A model generated the notes under the pieces. That model searched no databases and was not told where the DNA came from. It was given only the letters and a program-made list of their open reading frames with translations. This document shows, in pieces, positions 9,299 through 20,372 of a stretch of 32,541 nt of DNA. Numbering within the stretch: position 1 is the first letter of the stretch; every line of letters starts with the position of its first letter. Made by a program: the position numbers and the translations under genes. The stretch is from Barthelona sp. PCE (taxonomy: Eukaryota), in assembly GCA_040285745.1 (NCBI GenBank), contig JAUFOR010000001.1, positions 1,302,001-1,334,541 of the forward strand, written 5' to 3'.

Positions 9299-12200
9299 AT
9301 GCCATCAAGGCTTTTAGAAGTACCAGATAGCATCGACTTCAGGCATACGTCGGTTGGAGAGGTTCAAACCGTCACATTTCGCGTGAGAAACCTTAGTTCT
9401 TCATCGCGCGTCGTTAGATTGAAACCTCCTAAGCTTTTGCAATTCAAACTGAACGCACAGCCACGATTGCCGCTTGCTCCCGGTCTATCCTTAGAATTCT
9501 CGATCGAATATCATTGTCAAAATTTGGAAGAGTTGTGTGATGAGATTGTGATAGAATCTCCGCTCAAAAGTCGTGTTGAGCGTTTCACTATACCAATTTT
9601 CACTCATGTTCCAAAAGGGAATATTATTATACCAGATTCAGTATTATTTGGTAATATCGTTACAGGTATTCAAGTCTCTAAAGAATTCGAGCTTTTCAAT
9701 GACGGCGACGTTAGTTCCAAATGTAATTTCCTAATTGATGTTGAAGGAGTTGAAATTGTACCATCATCCGTTTCATTAGAGTCAAAAGAAAGAAGAAAAA
9801 TTACAGTATCAGTTAATCCTGAGTACGAGGGGAGCTTCAGAGCTCTCATTTCATGTGAAAGAACAAATTGTCCCAATCATATGCTGGATATTTCTTACGT
9901 TGCGTTTGCTCATGAAGTGCGTATTACACATGCTGGTTTACCACTTGAGAAACTAGACTTTGGTGGTCTTTTCTGGGGCCAGAGTATGATTAAGGAGGTG
10001 TGTGTTCAGAACAGTAGTGCACTACCCATAATGTGTGATTTCACCGTGACAAACAAAAGCACAATCGATGACGACACTGCTGAGTCACGTTTAACAGAGA
10101 CAAGAATGACAACTTTTGAGATGCAGGTACGTGAGAACGGCATCCCAGAACCTGTGGTTACGCCTGGACGTTTTTCTGTGCAGCCATTCTCTGAAAAAAT
10201 CATAAAAATCAATGTGGAGCTTCCTTGTGTAGGTTCCTTCGTTAAACCACTGAAAGGACACTTTCCGTGTACATTAAAGAGTGTTCCGTTCTTCAGTGGC
10301 ACAGGTCGTGACTCAACACGTTTTGTTGGTGAATCTTTGGATCAAGAGCAGCATTGTTCTGTCTATTACACTGCTGTATCTCCTTTTATTGAACTTTCTG
10401 ACGCATTTTTGGCCTTTAGAGACTATTCTGTGCACCAGCGCGCAAGTCAGTCGTTTAAGGTATCCAACGTTGTTGCAAAAGCTATCAAAATTACCATTCC
10501 TCAACAGTTTTCATTTCTGAAGTTCATGCCTTCTGAATTCATCCTTGAACCACTCGGTGTCACCACGGTGAAAGCAATTTTCTCTCCCAATAATCTTTTG
10601 ACTCGTCAAAACAAAAATATTGCAGTCAAATGTTCTCCAGTTGATGGAGATGAAGTAGTGTTTGAGCGTAAGCTTTCTATTCAAGTGGAAGCATCTCATT
10701 ATTCGTCAGATGTAACTGCGACACGTAAAGAACACTTTGCAAAGGGTGTATCACGGACAATTAAGGATTTTGAAAAGTTTAATGATGTGGAGATTGTACC
10801 CTCTTTGAAAGAGAAGGCTGAAATTGAGGCTTCTATGACCAAGGATTTATTCCGCACTATGAATCCCGAAGATGCGATCCGCACTGTTAAGGATTTGAAG
10901 GGATCACGTAAGTCAACAACACTTAACACTGGAGTCATGACATGGAAACGGAAGACCAAGATGGAGATCTCTGAGAAAGAAGATGATCACAATCTTGGTT
11001 ACAATCCACTTGATCATCTAATTGCACCAGAGCCCATATTGCCAGCTGTACTTGATCAACCACTTGTTCAATTGCAGAATGGCCAAACTCATTCTCAGCA
11101 AAAAACACTACGTCTTGTTCACGATCAAACAAGGTTATACCGTCGAAAGTTCTTCAAAGCACCATCAGGTTTTATGGATATGAATATTCCTTCACTGTCT
11201 GGTGATGAGATTTCAAACTTAATCCATTGCGATTTTGAGTATAATCTTGGTACAGTTGTCGTATTCACAAACCTCAAACGTTCATTCAACATTAAGAATA
11301 CATCACGTCAAGTTGTCAAGGTTGAGCTTCGTTATTCTCATATTCCGGAGCTTCAACACACATTGAAAGACAATGTTTCAGGTGTGACACAATACATTCC
11401 TCCCGATGAAACAGCAGGCTTTGATTTGGACCTCTCTTTCACTCGTATGGGTCCCTTACGTCGTAAGATCTTTGTGTACATCAACAATGAACAAGTTTGG
11501 GAGCTTCTTTTACTGGGTAATGTTCGGGAAATATCAATACAAACTGATAAGGAGCAGCTTGATTTCTCCATGAGCGTTATCCCTGAGAAGTGGTGGTTGC
11601 AGAAGCAGATCATCACCCTGACCAACGCTTCCAATTCTAATGTGAAGGTCAAATGGCTTGATGAAGAAGGGTGCAAATCAGGAGAGATTACTCCTCTTTA
11701 CGATAATCCAAATGTCCCTGTCCTTGCTTTGCCTGTTTTCCCTCTTCCCAACACCCTTCCAGTCATCCCAGGATCAAAACCAGGTCACAGATTCTTCTAT
11801 CTTGAGAAGAACGAGTTTATCATTCCCAGCTCTGGATCCATTGATGTAATGGTTCACTTCTTGCCTGGAATCATCTCTGAGTACAATGAGAAACTGATCC
11901 TTGAGGTTGTTGGAGGCAAAACTCTATCAATTGACTGTAGTGCAAAGCTACCAGATACACAGCTTGACATGAGTGCTTCGTTCATTAACTTTGGCACTGT
12001 TGGTGTTGGTATGTCACGTTCACGTTCTATTACAATCACAAACCCAACAGCACAACCGGTCCAGTACTTTATGAACCAGTTCACACCAAGCAATTGTGTT
12101 CGCGTTCCTGATTCAAAGCGATATGGAACTCTTCTTCCCTATTCTTCAACCGAAATAATGGTTGAGTTTAAGTCATCGAAGAAAGTTAAGCTGAAGGGTA

Positions 12201-15200
12201 AAAACATGTTGCGTAGACGTGGTGTTCTTGAGAAAAAGGATAATGGCCTGGTCAAATCATCATCCCCTGTTGACAATATGACCACCACTGCTTCTTCAGT
12301 TCGTTCAGGAAAATCTCGAAGAACTAGTCGTACTCAGGATACTTACAATGATACAGCATCCACTCTGTCTACGTTTTCACGTGCATCCAAACTGTTTGAA
12401 GCATGGAATAACTCCGTTCTTCAGTTTTCAGCAATTGGTTCCGGGAAGGTCCATTACATTGCTCTTCAAGGCGAAGCTGCTGTACCTGATATCACATTTT
12501 CAACACCTATGGTTTCATTCGAAAATATTCAGGTCAACTTCGTTGAACTTTCAGAGTTAAGTGTCAAGAACAATGCTAAACTTCCAGTTGTTTTATTAGT
12601 AGATTTCTCGAAAGAGGGTTTTGCCGATTTTGATATTGTGGCTCCCAATAATGATAACATCAAACGTGTTGTCACTGATGGTCTGTCATCACCTTATCCT
12701 CAGTTTGAATATGAAAAGGATGCTCCCAATCCTGACTCTTTTGCATTAGAAACATACTCCCCAACGCCATTTGCATTCTCTACAATTGCTCCACTTGACC
12801 CACAACGTGTTGAAAGCAAAGTGTATCGTATTTCTGTTGGACCCCTATCAACCGTGGAATTCATGCTTGAATTTAAGCCAAAGGTTGCTTGCTCAATCAC
12901 AACTAAATTTCCTATTTCTTATCCTGGTTTTTCAGCATCTTATCTCCCCATTCCAATGATAAAAGCCACTTCTGAGATGCCCTCAGTTTTACTTAATAAG
13001 GGTGAGGTTAATTTCTTCAACAAGATCGTCGTTCCACCCACATTAAAGAAGGCAATTTATCATGAGGAAGTTATTCTTACCAATACATCTGATCATGTTA
13101 CGAGATTCACTGCTGCGTTTGAGAACCAAACGACTAATAACCCTTTCAAGCTAAATATTTCCAGTGGCATTCTTGCTCCAAACACTTCAACATCTGTACA
13201 GGTTACTTATTGGCCACGTGAAGTATCTTCATCTGAGAACAAGATTATATTCATTGAAGAAGGTTCTGAAACTATCTTTGGTGCAGTTAACGTTAAGGGT
13301 GTTGCCTTAGCTCCATTTATGCGTTTCGATCCTCCCGTTGTTCAGTTGCCAACAGTTCCAGTCCACGATTCTGTAACTGTCACTGTTGTAGTTGAGGCAT
13401 TTGGTATTAATAATGGTGAATTTGAAGTTATCCTTCCTCCCGATCAGGAGCACTTCCCCTTCGAAGTTGATTATATTGACGGACAAAGTATCACATACAG
13501 TACTAACCGCATTCGTATCAACATTACATTCATGCCCAATAGACCTTTATCCTTTGACACTCGCATCCAAGCAGTGTTGCACACCATTGAAGGTTTTGCA
13601 ATCAAAGAGTCTTTCCGTTTAATTGGTATGAGTGATATTGCCATCATTAACACATGGCCAACATTGGCGACTCTACGTGATGGATCATTCACAAGATTGC
13701 TTGCCAGTACTGGTAACCTTGATACAGTCCAGATTCCACAGCAGATGGATCTTACAGAAGTTATGGGTAATGTCACGGATTTGATTCGTCCTTTATTCCC
13801 ACTGTTCTGTGAAGATACGACGTCTGTTAATTTGTTTAGCACCTGTGTACGTTATCTCAATATTGCAATCTCAAAGGTTGTTCTTCCGGTTGACATTGAA
13901 GCATTTGCCCTCTCACAAGGTCGTCTGCTTCTAAACGCTGTTGAAGATCTCACATCAAAGCAGATGAGTGGTGTTGCTGAACGTTTCCGTCGTGGAATTG
14001 AAATTCCTCCTTCAGTTATTATTGAAAACGTTCGAAAAATCCTCGTTTGTTTACAATCATATGGATGTCTTGTTAACACTATTAAACCTCAATATCTTTG
14101 TAGTAAGGATGTTTTCGTCGAATATTGCACGATTGAATGTCTGAGCATCTTCCCAAGAAATTACATTTGTCCTGAAGGAACAGAGTTGATGCTTAATAAG
14201 TACTTTGCTGATCATTATGTTCAGGTTAGCGTTCAAGCATATACTCTTATTGTACTCCAATTGATTAGAACTTTCCTTCTTGTCAAACTATCAAAGAAGA
14301 GTATTTTAGGTGTTGTTGCTCGTTATGCTGATGTTTCTCCTCAGAACGTCAAGATGGTTCAGTCACAATTCAGTGGGTCGTTATCACTGGAAGAGTCGTA
14401 TCTGATTGATTGGTGTCATAACATCGTGTTAACTTTTAAAGAGAATAACGTGAAGAAGTTACCTTTTCTCAAGAACATTAAGGGTATCCATAACAACAAT
14501 GATACATTCATTGGTGCACTATTGAGTGAAGGTGTTATGTATACGCTCTTATTATACGCATATTGTCCTTTCCTTATTCAGTCATCTGAGTTTAATGCTA
14601 TGTTGGATCTCCTTAAGGAGTACAGTAAGGCACAGGGTGATGCTTTGTCATCTTCTACGTGTTTAATCATGTCCCCTCATCGCCGTTTCAAGATGATGTC
14701 TCTTTTCCTCGAAGTTTGTACTTACATCGGTTTACCGTCATTCTGCGATGCTCATCAGCTGATCAGTGAGGATCCACGTGTCCATATTATGGTTCTTAAC
14801 TATTTATACACTGTTTTACCTCCTTACTCGTCATCAACGCCGTTAACTTTCTCAGGTGAGATTAACACTTCCATGCGTCAGGACATCGAGCTTAGAAATC
14901 CTAACAAACGGGATCTATTCTACAGAGTTGCTTGGTTTAACAACAATGGTCTGTTCAGGTTGACTGATAAGATGGACAACTCATCATCGTCCTTAAGTCG
15001 TATTGGTTCAACGCTTTCACGTACCAGAAGTAAGTCTATGGCGAAGATGTCTTTGGTGGACAAGAAAGATGTGAAGTTGGATCCTGATAGTAAGAAGTTG
15101 TTGAATTTGAGCTTCTTTTCAACATTCTCCAAGGATGATGTGGCAACTCTGCTCTTCCTTCCTGTTCATGAGGACAATGGTGGTAAACTCGTTGGTCCAA

Positions 15201-18200
15201 TTATCTTTACGATCAACTTCAAGACCAAACCATCTCTTCCTCTCTTCACTATGACTCAGAGAACGCCGTTGTACCAGAGTTCAGCTACAGCATTCGATGT
15301 TGACATGGAAAAGCTTGAATTCCTTAACCTCTTCAATAAGGATACTGCTGAAATAACATTCTCAATGCGTGTTTCGCAGAAATTCCTTACACATGGCGAA
15401 TATGAGCGAGTTAAAGATAATCCTCAACGAATCCAGAATATTATGAGTGCTCATGCTGTATCTGCTACTAATGCACCTTCTATTCAAAAGTTGATTGAGA
15501 TGTATGATGAAAATGATCACAAAAAGATAAGAAATAGTCTAATTGTTCCATTGATTCAAACACCTAACCTTGTGCTGAAGAAATTGCGCAACAATTCATT
15601 TGGATTCAAGTTTTGTCCACTTTTCTATGGAGTGTATGTAATTGACGTACTATTCTTTAATTCTACAGTGGGAGAATTCCTTACACGTTTCTTTTTAGTT
15701 GCAGATTTACCTGACAAGACAAGAGGCTTTGATTTCATCAATGCTTTTGGAGAACATGAACAAATTGATGTTATTTCTAACTCTCTTTCCTTACAATACT
15801 CTAATCACAAGATTGGTGAAGCTGTTGTTGAATATCCTATTGCAGGACAGTTCTTCGATCATGTTTTCAACTCTGACGGTGAAAAATCAAAATCATTGCA
15901 GTACGAAGCGTATTGGAACAACAGCATGTTCACGTCAGCTGATCGTGTTTCACTCATTAACCGTGAATCAGACCCACGTAATGTCCTCAGCTTCACGTTT
16001 AAGCCAAAGGGCAGTGGTCTTTTCGATGGTGTCGTCCTTCTCCGTTCAGTATTTGATATGCGAGTTTATAATGTATCTTGTATGATTTCAAAGGACGAAT
16101 TCATTGGATCCATGGAGTTTACGACCGCTGTAAGGCATCCTATCGATCAGGATATTCCCATTCACAACAGCAGTGATGAAACGTGGCAGATCGACTGTAT
16201 TCTCAGTGATAGCTCAATGTTTACAATTTCAACCACCATGCTTACCATAGCAGCTGGTCAGACATCCATTGTTAAGGTCGTGTACACTGCAAGTAAGATG
16301 GACCAGAGCGAGACAGATCTTATTCTCAAGAACTCTTCAACAAAGGAAACTCTGAAGTATCACCTCATTGGAAAGACTTTGGAACCCAAGGCTGAAGATC
16401 GTTTCGTATATAAATGCGCATCCGGCCGAGTTCTCAACGAAACACTTCACCTTAACAACCCGTACATGTGCAATGAAACCATTGTTTATCGAGTAGAGTC
16501 GGACATTGAATGTATTGGAGGTTCTAGTACTGTTTCAGTGCCTGCCAACGCACGTACAATTGACTTCCACCTTCAAATCCATCCTAAACTGCCTGGTGTG
16601 TACAACGGTGTGTTGCGCTTTGTGGGTGCTGGTGATCGCACCATGTGGTATGATATTGAGGTTCAATCTAACATTGGAGAAGCAATTGGAACGCTGGATT
16701 GCGTGTGCGAGGTTATGAAAACAAAGGAGGTTTCATTACAGCTCATGAACCCCCTAGATGAACCCATTACATACAAGATCAACTATATGGGCCATGGTCT
16801 GTTTGGACCTAACTTCCTACCCATTGCACCAAAATCACGTCAAGAACTGGTTTTCTATTTCTCTCCCGTTCGAACTGATGAATTTCTTGGTCGTGCAATC
16901 TTCTATGAAGAGAGTATTGGAGAGTTTTCGTATGATCTTCAACTCAAAGCAGTTAGCAAACCTGCTCAACGTATTCCTCAGTTGATTACCACGATTGGTG
17001 ACATTACTTGTCATCCACAGACAATTAAAAACCCTCTTAATCACTCATTGGAGATGAAGATTGTCAACACAAACCGTATTAACTTTGGTGTTTCGGACAT
17101 AGAGATGACAATGGCAAGTAGCATTGATCCGCTAGATAGTATCACTCTTGAAGCATTTGAAGAACGTGAAATCTATTTCTTCTACCGTCCATCTTCTGTT
17201 CGTGTAGTTGAAGAGAGTGTAATCACTTTTGAAGCTGTTGACAGTAATATTGATAGACTAGAATTTGAACTTCGTGGCACTGGAAGATTCCCTCAACAAG
17301 GCAAGGTTGTCACCTTCGAATCTTCTGTTGGTATTCGCCAGCTTGAGTCTATTCCGTTCCGTAACCCATTTGCTCGTCCTATTCACGTACGTTTATCATT
17401 GGATAAGTCAACAGTATTCAGTCTGGAGGGTCCATCGAATGTAACTATTCCCCCTTACCAGTTGGCCATGATTCCCATTATTTTCGAGCCGACCTTAAAA
17501 GCTCGTTTCACTGCGGAGCTACATGTTTCAGACCGAGAAGAAGACATTACGTGGACATTCTCTCTTGTAGGCATTGGCGCGTTTAAGTCAATTGATCCTT
17601 CACATATTATTAAGTTGAACTGCCGTGCACGTGAACCTCTTCGCAAGGAAGTCTCTTTGTTACTTCCTCTGTTCTACAACAACGCAACGCCTGCAGTCGA
17701 TGATATTAACGAATTAATTTCTTATTCACGTCGCTCATCACATGCTGCTATGGAATCACATAAGCGCTTACGTCTTGTGTTTGAATGGGATGTTGAACCG
17801 GAAATGAAGGACTATTTACAGAATATTCTCGTTATTGAACCGGATAATGTTGTTGCCCAATCAAATATGCTCAACTTTGCTATTGTTCTTGACGCATTAA
17901 AGCCTTTCCACGCTCGTGGTGATCTGAAGATCATGGATCCCCAAGGTGGATACTGGGTATTTCAGGTTGAGGTTAACGTTAACTCCCCTGTAGTTGATGA
18001 TGTTATTTATGTACCCCTTCGTATTGGAGAAACTTCCAAACTCAGTTTCGATCTCAAGAACGTATTTGAAGAACCTGAACCGTTTACTGCATATCTAACT
18101 CCTCAATCTAATCCTTGCTTCGTGGTTCTACCTACACAAGGTACTCTTGCTGGTGTTAATGACATGGATGGAACTGAGTTCATCATTTCCTTCACTCCTG

Positions 18201-18451
18201 AAGTGTATGGTATTAAGTATAAGGCACGATTGATCATCACTACAGAACGCATGCAGTGGACATATGATTTGCAGGCTGTTCAACCCTCTTATCGTCCTCC
18301 AAAGGTTGGACCTTCTATTGTTACATCCAACATAACTCAAAATAATCAAGCAAGTGGAAAAAAGAGGAACTTTATGCGCGAGAATATTTCTAAAACTATA
18401 ACTACAACCCGTGAACGATTGAATTCCAAACGTCCAAAGGTGTGGAAGTAG
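9299..18451 (+). CDS. CFAP47: Cilia- and flagella-associated protein 47 (ASH/Hydin-type Ig-fold repeats with a central CH-like region)
   Basis: 3050-aa uninterrupted ORF with repeated 'F G...V G...NxS' ASH-type modules, N-terminal 'LAPGLSLEFSIEY' and C-terminal 'F..SFTP..YG......L.I.T..MQWTY' and 'KKRNFMRENI'. Size and architecture fit CFAP47. Confidence 0.85.
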   Translation: MPSRLLEVPDSIDFRHTSVGEVQTVTFRVRNLSSSSRVVRLKPPKLLQFKLNAQPRLPLAPGLSLEFSIEYHCQNLEELCDEIVIESPLKSRVERFTIPIFTHVPKGNIIIPDSVLFGNIVTGIQVSKEFELFNDGDVSSKCNFLIDVEGVEIVPSSVSLESKERRKITVSVNPEYEGSFRALISCERTNCPNHMLDISYVAFAHEVRITHAGLPLEKLDFGGLFWGQSMIKEVCVQNSSALPIMCDFTVTNKSTIDDDTAESRLTETRMTTFEMQVRENGIPEPVVTPGRFSVQPFSEKIIKINVELPCVGSFVKPLKGHFPCTLKSVPFFSGTGRDSTRFVGESLDQEQHCSVYYTAVSPFIELSDAFLAFRDYSVHQRASQSFKVSNVVAKAIKITIPQQFSFLKFMPSEFILEPLGVTTVKAIFSPNNLLTRQNKNIAVKCSPVDGDEVVFERKLSIQVEASHYSSDVTATRKEHFAKGVSRTIKDFEKFNDVEIVPSLKEKAEIEASMTKDLFRTMNPEDAIRTVKDLKGSRKSTTLNTGVMTWKRKTKMEISEKEDDHNLGYNPLDHLIAPEPILPAVLDQPLVQLQNGQTHSQQKTLRLVHDQTRLYRRKFFKAPSGFMDMNIPSLSGDEISNLIHCDFEYNLGTVVVFTNLKRSFNIKNTSRQVVKVELRYSHIPELQHTLKDNVSGVTQYIPPDETAGFDLDLSFTRMGPLRRKIFVYINNEQVWELLLLGNVREISIQTDKEQLDFSMSVIPEKWWLQKQIITLTNASNSNVKVKWLDEEGCKSGEITPLYDNPNVPVLALPVFPLPNTLPVIPGSKPGHRFFYLEKNEFIIPSSGSIDVMVHFLPGIISEYNEKLILEVVGGKTLSIDCSAKLPDTQLDMSASFINFGTVGVGMSRSRSITITNPTAQPVQYFMNQFTPSNCVRVPDSKRYGTLLPYSSTEIMVEFKSSKKVKLKGKNMLRRRGVLEKKDNGLVKSSSPVDNMTTTASSVRSGKSRRTSRTQDTYNDTASTLSTFSRASKLFEAWNNSVLQFSAIGSGKVHYIALQGEAAVPDITFSTPMVSFENIQVNFVELSELSVKNNAKLPVVLLVDFSKEGFADFDIVAPNNDNIKRVVTDGLSSPYPQFEYEKDAPNPDSFALETYSPTPFAFSTIAPLDPQRVESKVYRISVGPLSTVEFMLEFKPKVACSITTKFPISYPGFSASYLPIPMIKATSEMPSVLLNKGEVNFFNKIVVPPTLKKAIYHEEVILTNTSDHVTRFTAAFENQTTNNPFKLNISSGILAPNTSTSVQVTYWPREVSSSENKIIFIEEGSETIFGAVNVKGVALAPFMRFDPPVVQLPTVPVHDSVTVTVVVEAFGINNGEFEVILPPDQEHFPFEVDYIDGQSITYSTNRIRINITFMPNRPLSFDTRIQAVLHTIEGFAIKESFRLIGMSDIAIINTWPTLATLRDGSFTRLLASTGNLDTVQIPQQMDLTEVMGNVTDLIRPLFPLFCEDTTSVNLFSTCVRYLNIAISKVVLPVDIEAFALSQGRLLLNAVEDLTSKQMSGVAERFRRGIEIPPSVIIENVRKILVCLQSYGCLVNTIKPQYLCSKDVFVEYCTIECLSIFPRNYICPEGTELMLNKYFADHYVQVSVQAYTLIVLQLIRTFLLVKLSKKSILGVVARYADVSPQNVKMVQSQFSGSLSLEESYLIDWCHNIVLTFKENNVKKLPFLKNIKGIHNNNDTFIGALLSEGVMYTLLLYAYCPFLIQSSEFNAMLDLLKEYSKAQGDALSSSTCLIMSPHRRFKMMSLFLEVCTYIGLPSFCDAHQLISEDPRVHIMVLNYLYTVLPPYSSSTPLTFSGEINTSMRQDIELRNPNKRDLFYRVAWFNNNGLFRLTDKMDNSSSSLSRIGSTLSRTRSKSMAKMSLVDKKDVKLDPDSKKLLNLSFFSTFSKDDVATLLFLPVHEDNGGKLVGPIIFTINFKTKPSLPLFTMTQRTPLYQSSATAFDVDMEKLEFLNLFNKDTAEITFSMRVSQKFLTHGEYERVKDNPQRIQNIMSAHAVSATNAPSIQKLIEMYDENDHKKIRNSLIVPLIQTPNLVLKKLRNNSFGFKFCPLFYGVYVIDVLFFNSTVGEFLTRFFLVADLPDKTRGFDFINAFGEHEQIDVISNSLSLQYSNHKIGEAVVEYPIAGQFFDHVFNSDGEKSKSLQYEAYWNNSMFTSADRVSLINRESDPRNVLSFTFKPKGSGLFDGVVLLRSVFDMRVYNVSCMISKDEFIGSMEFTTAVRHPIDQDIPIHNSSDETWQIDCILSDSSMFTISTTMLTIAAGQTSIVKVVYTASKMDQSETDLILKNSSTKETLKYHLIGKTLEPKAEDRFVYKCASGRVLNETLHLNNPYMCNETIVYRVESDIECIGGSSTVSVPANARTIDFHLQIHPKLPGVYNGVLRFVGAGDRTMWYDIEVQSNIGEAIGTLDCVCEVMKTKEVSLQLMNPLDEPITYKINYMGHGLFGPNFLPIAPKSRQELVFYFSPVRTDEFLGRAIFYEESIGEFSYDLQLKAVSKPAQRIPQLITTIGDITCHPQTIKNPLNHSLEMKIVNTNRINFGVSDIEMTMASSIDPLDSITLEAFEEREIYFFYRPSSVRVVEESVITFEAVDSNIDRLEFELRGTGRFPQQGKVVTFESSVGIRQLESIPFRNPFARPIHVRLSLDKSTVFSLEGPSNVTIPPYQLAMIPIIFEPTLKARFTAELHVSDREEDITWTFSLVGIGAFKSIDPSHIIKLNCRAREPLRKEVSLLLPLFYNNATPAVDDINELISYSRRSSHAAMESHKRLRLVFEWDVEPEMKDYLQNILVIEPDNVVAQSNMLNFAIVLDALKPFHARGDLKIMDPQGGYWVFQVEVNVNSPVVDDVIYVPLRIGETSKLSFDLKNVFEEPEPFTAYLTPQSNPCFVVLPTQGTLAGVNDMDGTEFIISFTPEVYGIKYKARLIITTERMQWTYDLQAVQPSYRPPKVGPSIVTSNITQNNQASGKKRNFMRENISKTITTTRERLNSKRPKVWK

Positions 18452-18472
18452 TAAACAATGTAAATTTCTATG

Positions 18473-20350
18473 CTAAAATGATGCATAATCAACGATAATA
18501 CTTGTATCACACATATAATCAACAATATTGAAAATTTGCTCGGAATGTTTCACATGATTTAAATTGCTGAAATCATATTCCATGTAAAGACAGTTGTACT
18601 CTGTGAGATTTTTTGGATAAAAAGTAACATTACTTTTGGATGATAAAAATGGAATAAACTCTGATGAAATACATCCTGTTTCGTACAACAATCGCACTTC
18701 ATTCAATTCTATATTAAAACCATATAACTTTCCATCTACCAACCACATACTTTCGTTAATGAATATATGTGCACTGTCTGAATACTCCAATGATGTACGC
18801 TGAAGTTCTTTACCATCAAACCAAATTATATCTACTGTTCCATCTTGTTCTTCAAGACCTTCATATAAAGCATAATACTCACAATGCTCAATACAAACAT
18901 CTTCATTAAAAATATTAGTGTACAGTGATACGGCATCAATGTCACTGTTATCTCGCTCTAAAGAATAATCTGCTGTAATCACATCAACAGACAACGACAG
19001 TTCATAACGCCACATGTTCTCATTATCTGATACCCACAATACATCACTACAAACACCAATAGCCCAGACTGATGCATCATAATTAATGCTGTAATTGAAC
19101 TCAATCCCGTTACAGAGTGATGTAATAAATACAGTGCTAAAAGTGGAATAGGCAATATATTTTTCATTAAAACACCACAATTTTGTTTTTGAAGATGTTT
19201 GTATTACAAATAGTGGATTTAAATAACTGTCTGTTACCCGAATTTCTTGTTTAACTGTATCAAAGAAAGAAAAAAAAATCATTGCTAATCTGTTCACTTT
19301 CACCTTCATTTTTGGACCAAAATTTGTTCGAATAAACAAAAATGTCTGGGCGTCCTGCGAAAACACGTTCAATAAAAGACTTAAATTGAAAATATTACTT
19401 GCTTTACGATGAAAAACAAGAAATGGTAATAAAAAACTAACATTTGGCTCATGTACTCTCACTCCTGATGAATTAAAAATGAAGTTCAATGTAGAAGTCT
19501 TTTCCAAAGTACAGAAGCCAGATTTTGAAGATGAACTTCGAGGTGACTGAAAAAAAAATTTTCCGTCAGTAGAAGCATACAATGTTTCAATATTTTGAGA
19601 AAATATAGGCACTAAATCACCATATTGAATACCGTGAACACCACTATTTGAAGTAAAAACATATATATCATCCATGTAAACACAGCTTGTAGGAAAAGAT
19701 TTTTCATTCTCACAGAGTAGGGATACTACAAATTGATTATCTAACAATTCACATAAAAATAACGAATATGACCCTTCATCGCGCACACATATTATATCTT
19801 TAGGACTATTAGAATTAACAACTGCAACTGAACAAAAAATATTTTTAGGTAATGATTCAACAATTTGTGACGTAAATTCTCTTGTTACTCTGCAAAAATA
19901 GTGTATACAGTGCAATGGAGTGAAAAAAAAATTTCCCATGAACGAATTGGTGGATAACTTCATTTCATCAAAGTATTGGTGTTTAAGCACATTTGCAAAG
20001 TTAGCTGATATATATTGCAGATCATCAACAGTGTTTAAAGATACGACATCCACCCAATGTCTATAGTCAGTGAATGTGTGTAATTCAATCTTATTTTCCG
20101 TTAACAATGTATAAAACAGGCCTTTTGATCCCGTGAACTTCAATTTTTGCCTAGTAACATCCAAAACAGGATCTTTCTGATCAAGAAAATGGACATCTGG
20201 TAATAAGCCATCTATTTCAACCCTAATTATGCACTCCTCTGCTTTTAACAAGACTGATCCGTAACACGTGCCCAATTTTGAATTCATTGAAAGTGACTGA
20301 AAATCATGGAAAGGTGTTGCAAGTGTAAACAATTTTGGTTCCTCTTCCAT
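18473..20350 (-). CDS. Orphan beta-rich family protein, copy A (~625 aa)
   Basis: Long ORF; probable start at ATG 20350 (MEEEPKLF), which avoids overlap with the opposite gene. Its C-terminus (EQIFNIVDYMCDTS) parallels those of the neighbouring paralogues. Confidence 0.7.
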   Translation of the reverse strand: MEEEPKLFTLATPFHDFQSLSMNSKLGTCYGSVLLKAEECIIRVEIDGLLPDVHFLDQKDPVLDVTRQKLKFTGSKGLFYTLLTENKIELHTFTDYRHWVDVVSLNTVDDLQYISANFANVLKHQYFDEMKLSTNSFMGNFFFTPLHCIHYFCRVTREFTSQIVESLPKNIFCSVAVVNSNSPKDIICVRDEGSYSLFLCELLDNQFVVSLLCENEKSFPTSCVYMDDIYVFTSNSGVHGIQYGDLVPIFSQNIETLYASTDGKFFFQSPRSSSSKSGFCTLEKTSTLNFIFNSSGVRVHEPNVSFLLPFLVFHRKASNIFNLSLLLNVFSQDAQTFLFIRTNFGPKMKVKVNRLAMIFFSFFDTVKQEIRVTDSYLNPLFVIQTSSKTKLWCFNEKYIAYSTFSTVFITSLCNGIEFNYSINYDASVWAIGVCSDVLWVSDNENMWRYELSLSVDVITADYSLERDNSDIDAVSLYTNIFNEDVCIEHCEYYALYEGLEEQDGTVDIIWFDGKELQRTSLEYSDSAHIFINESMWLVDGKLYGFNIELNEVRLLYETGCISSEFIPFLSSKSNVTFYPKNLTEYNCLYMEYDFSNLNHVKHSEQIFNIVDYMCDTSIIVDYASF

Positions 20351-20372
20351 TTTGAAAAGTGAGCAATTCATA

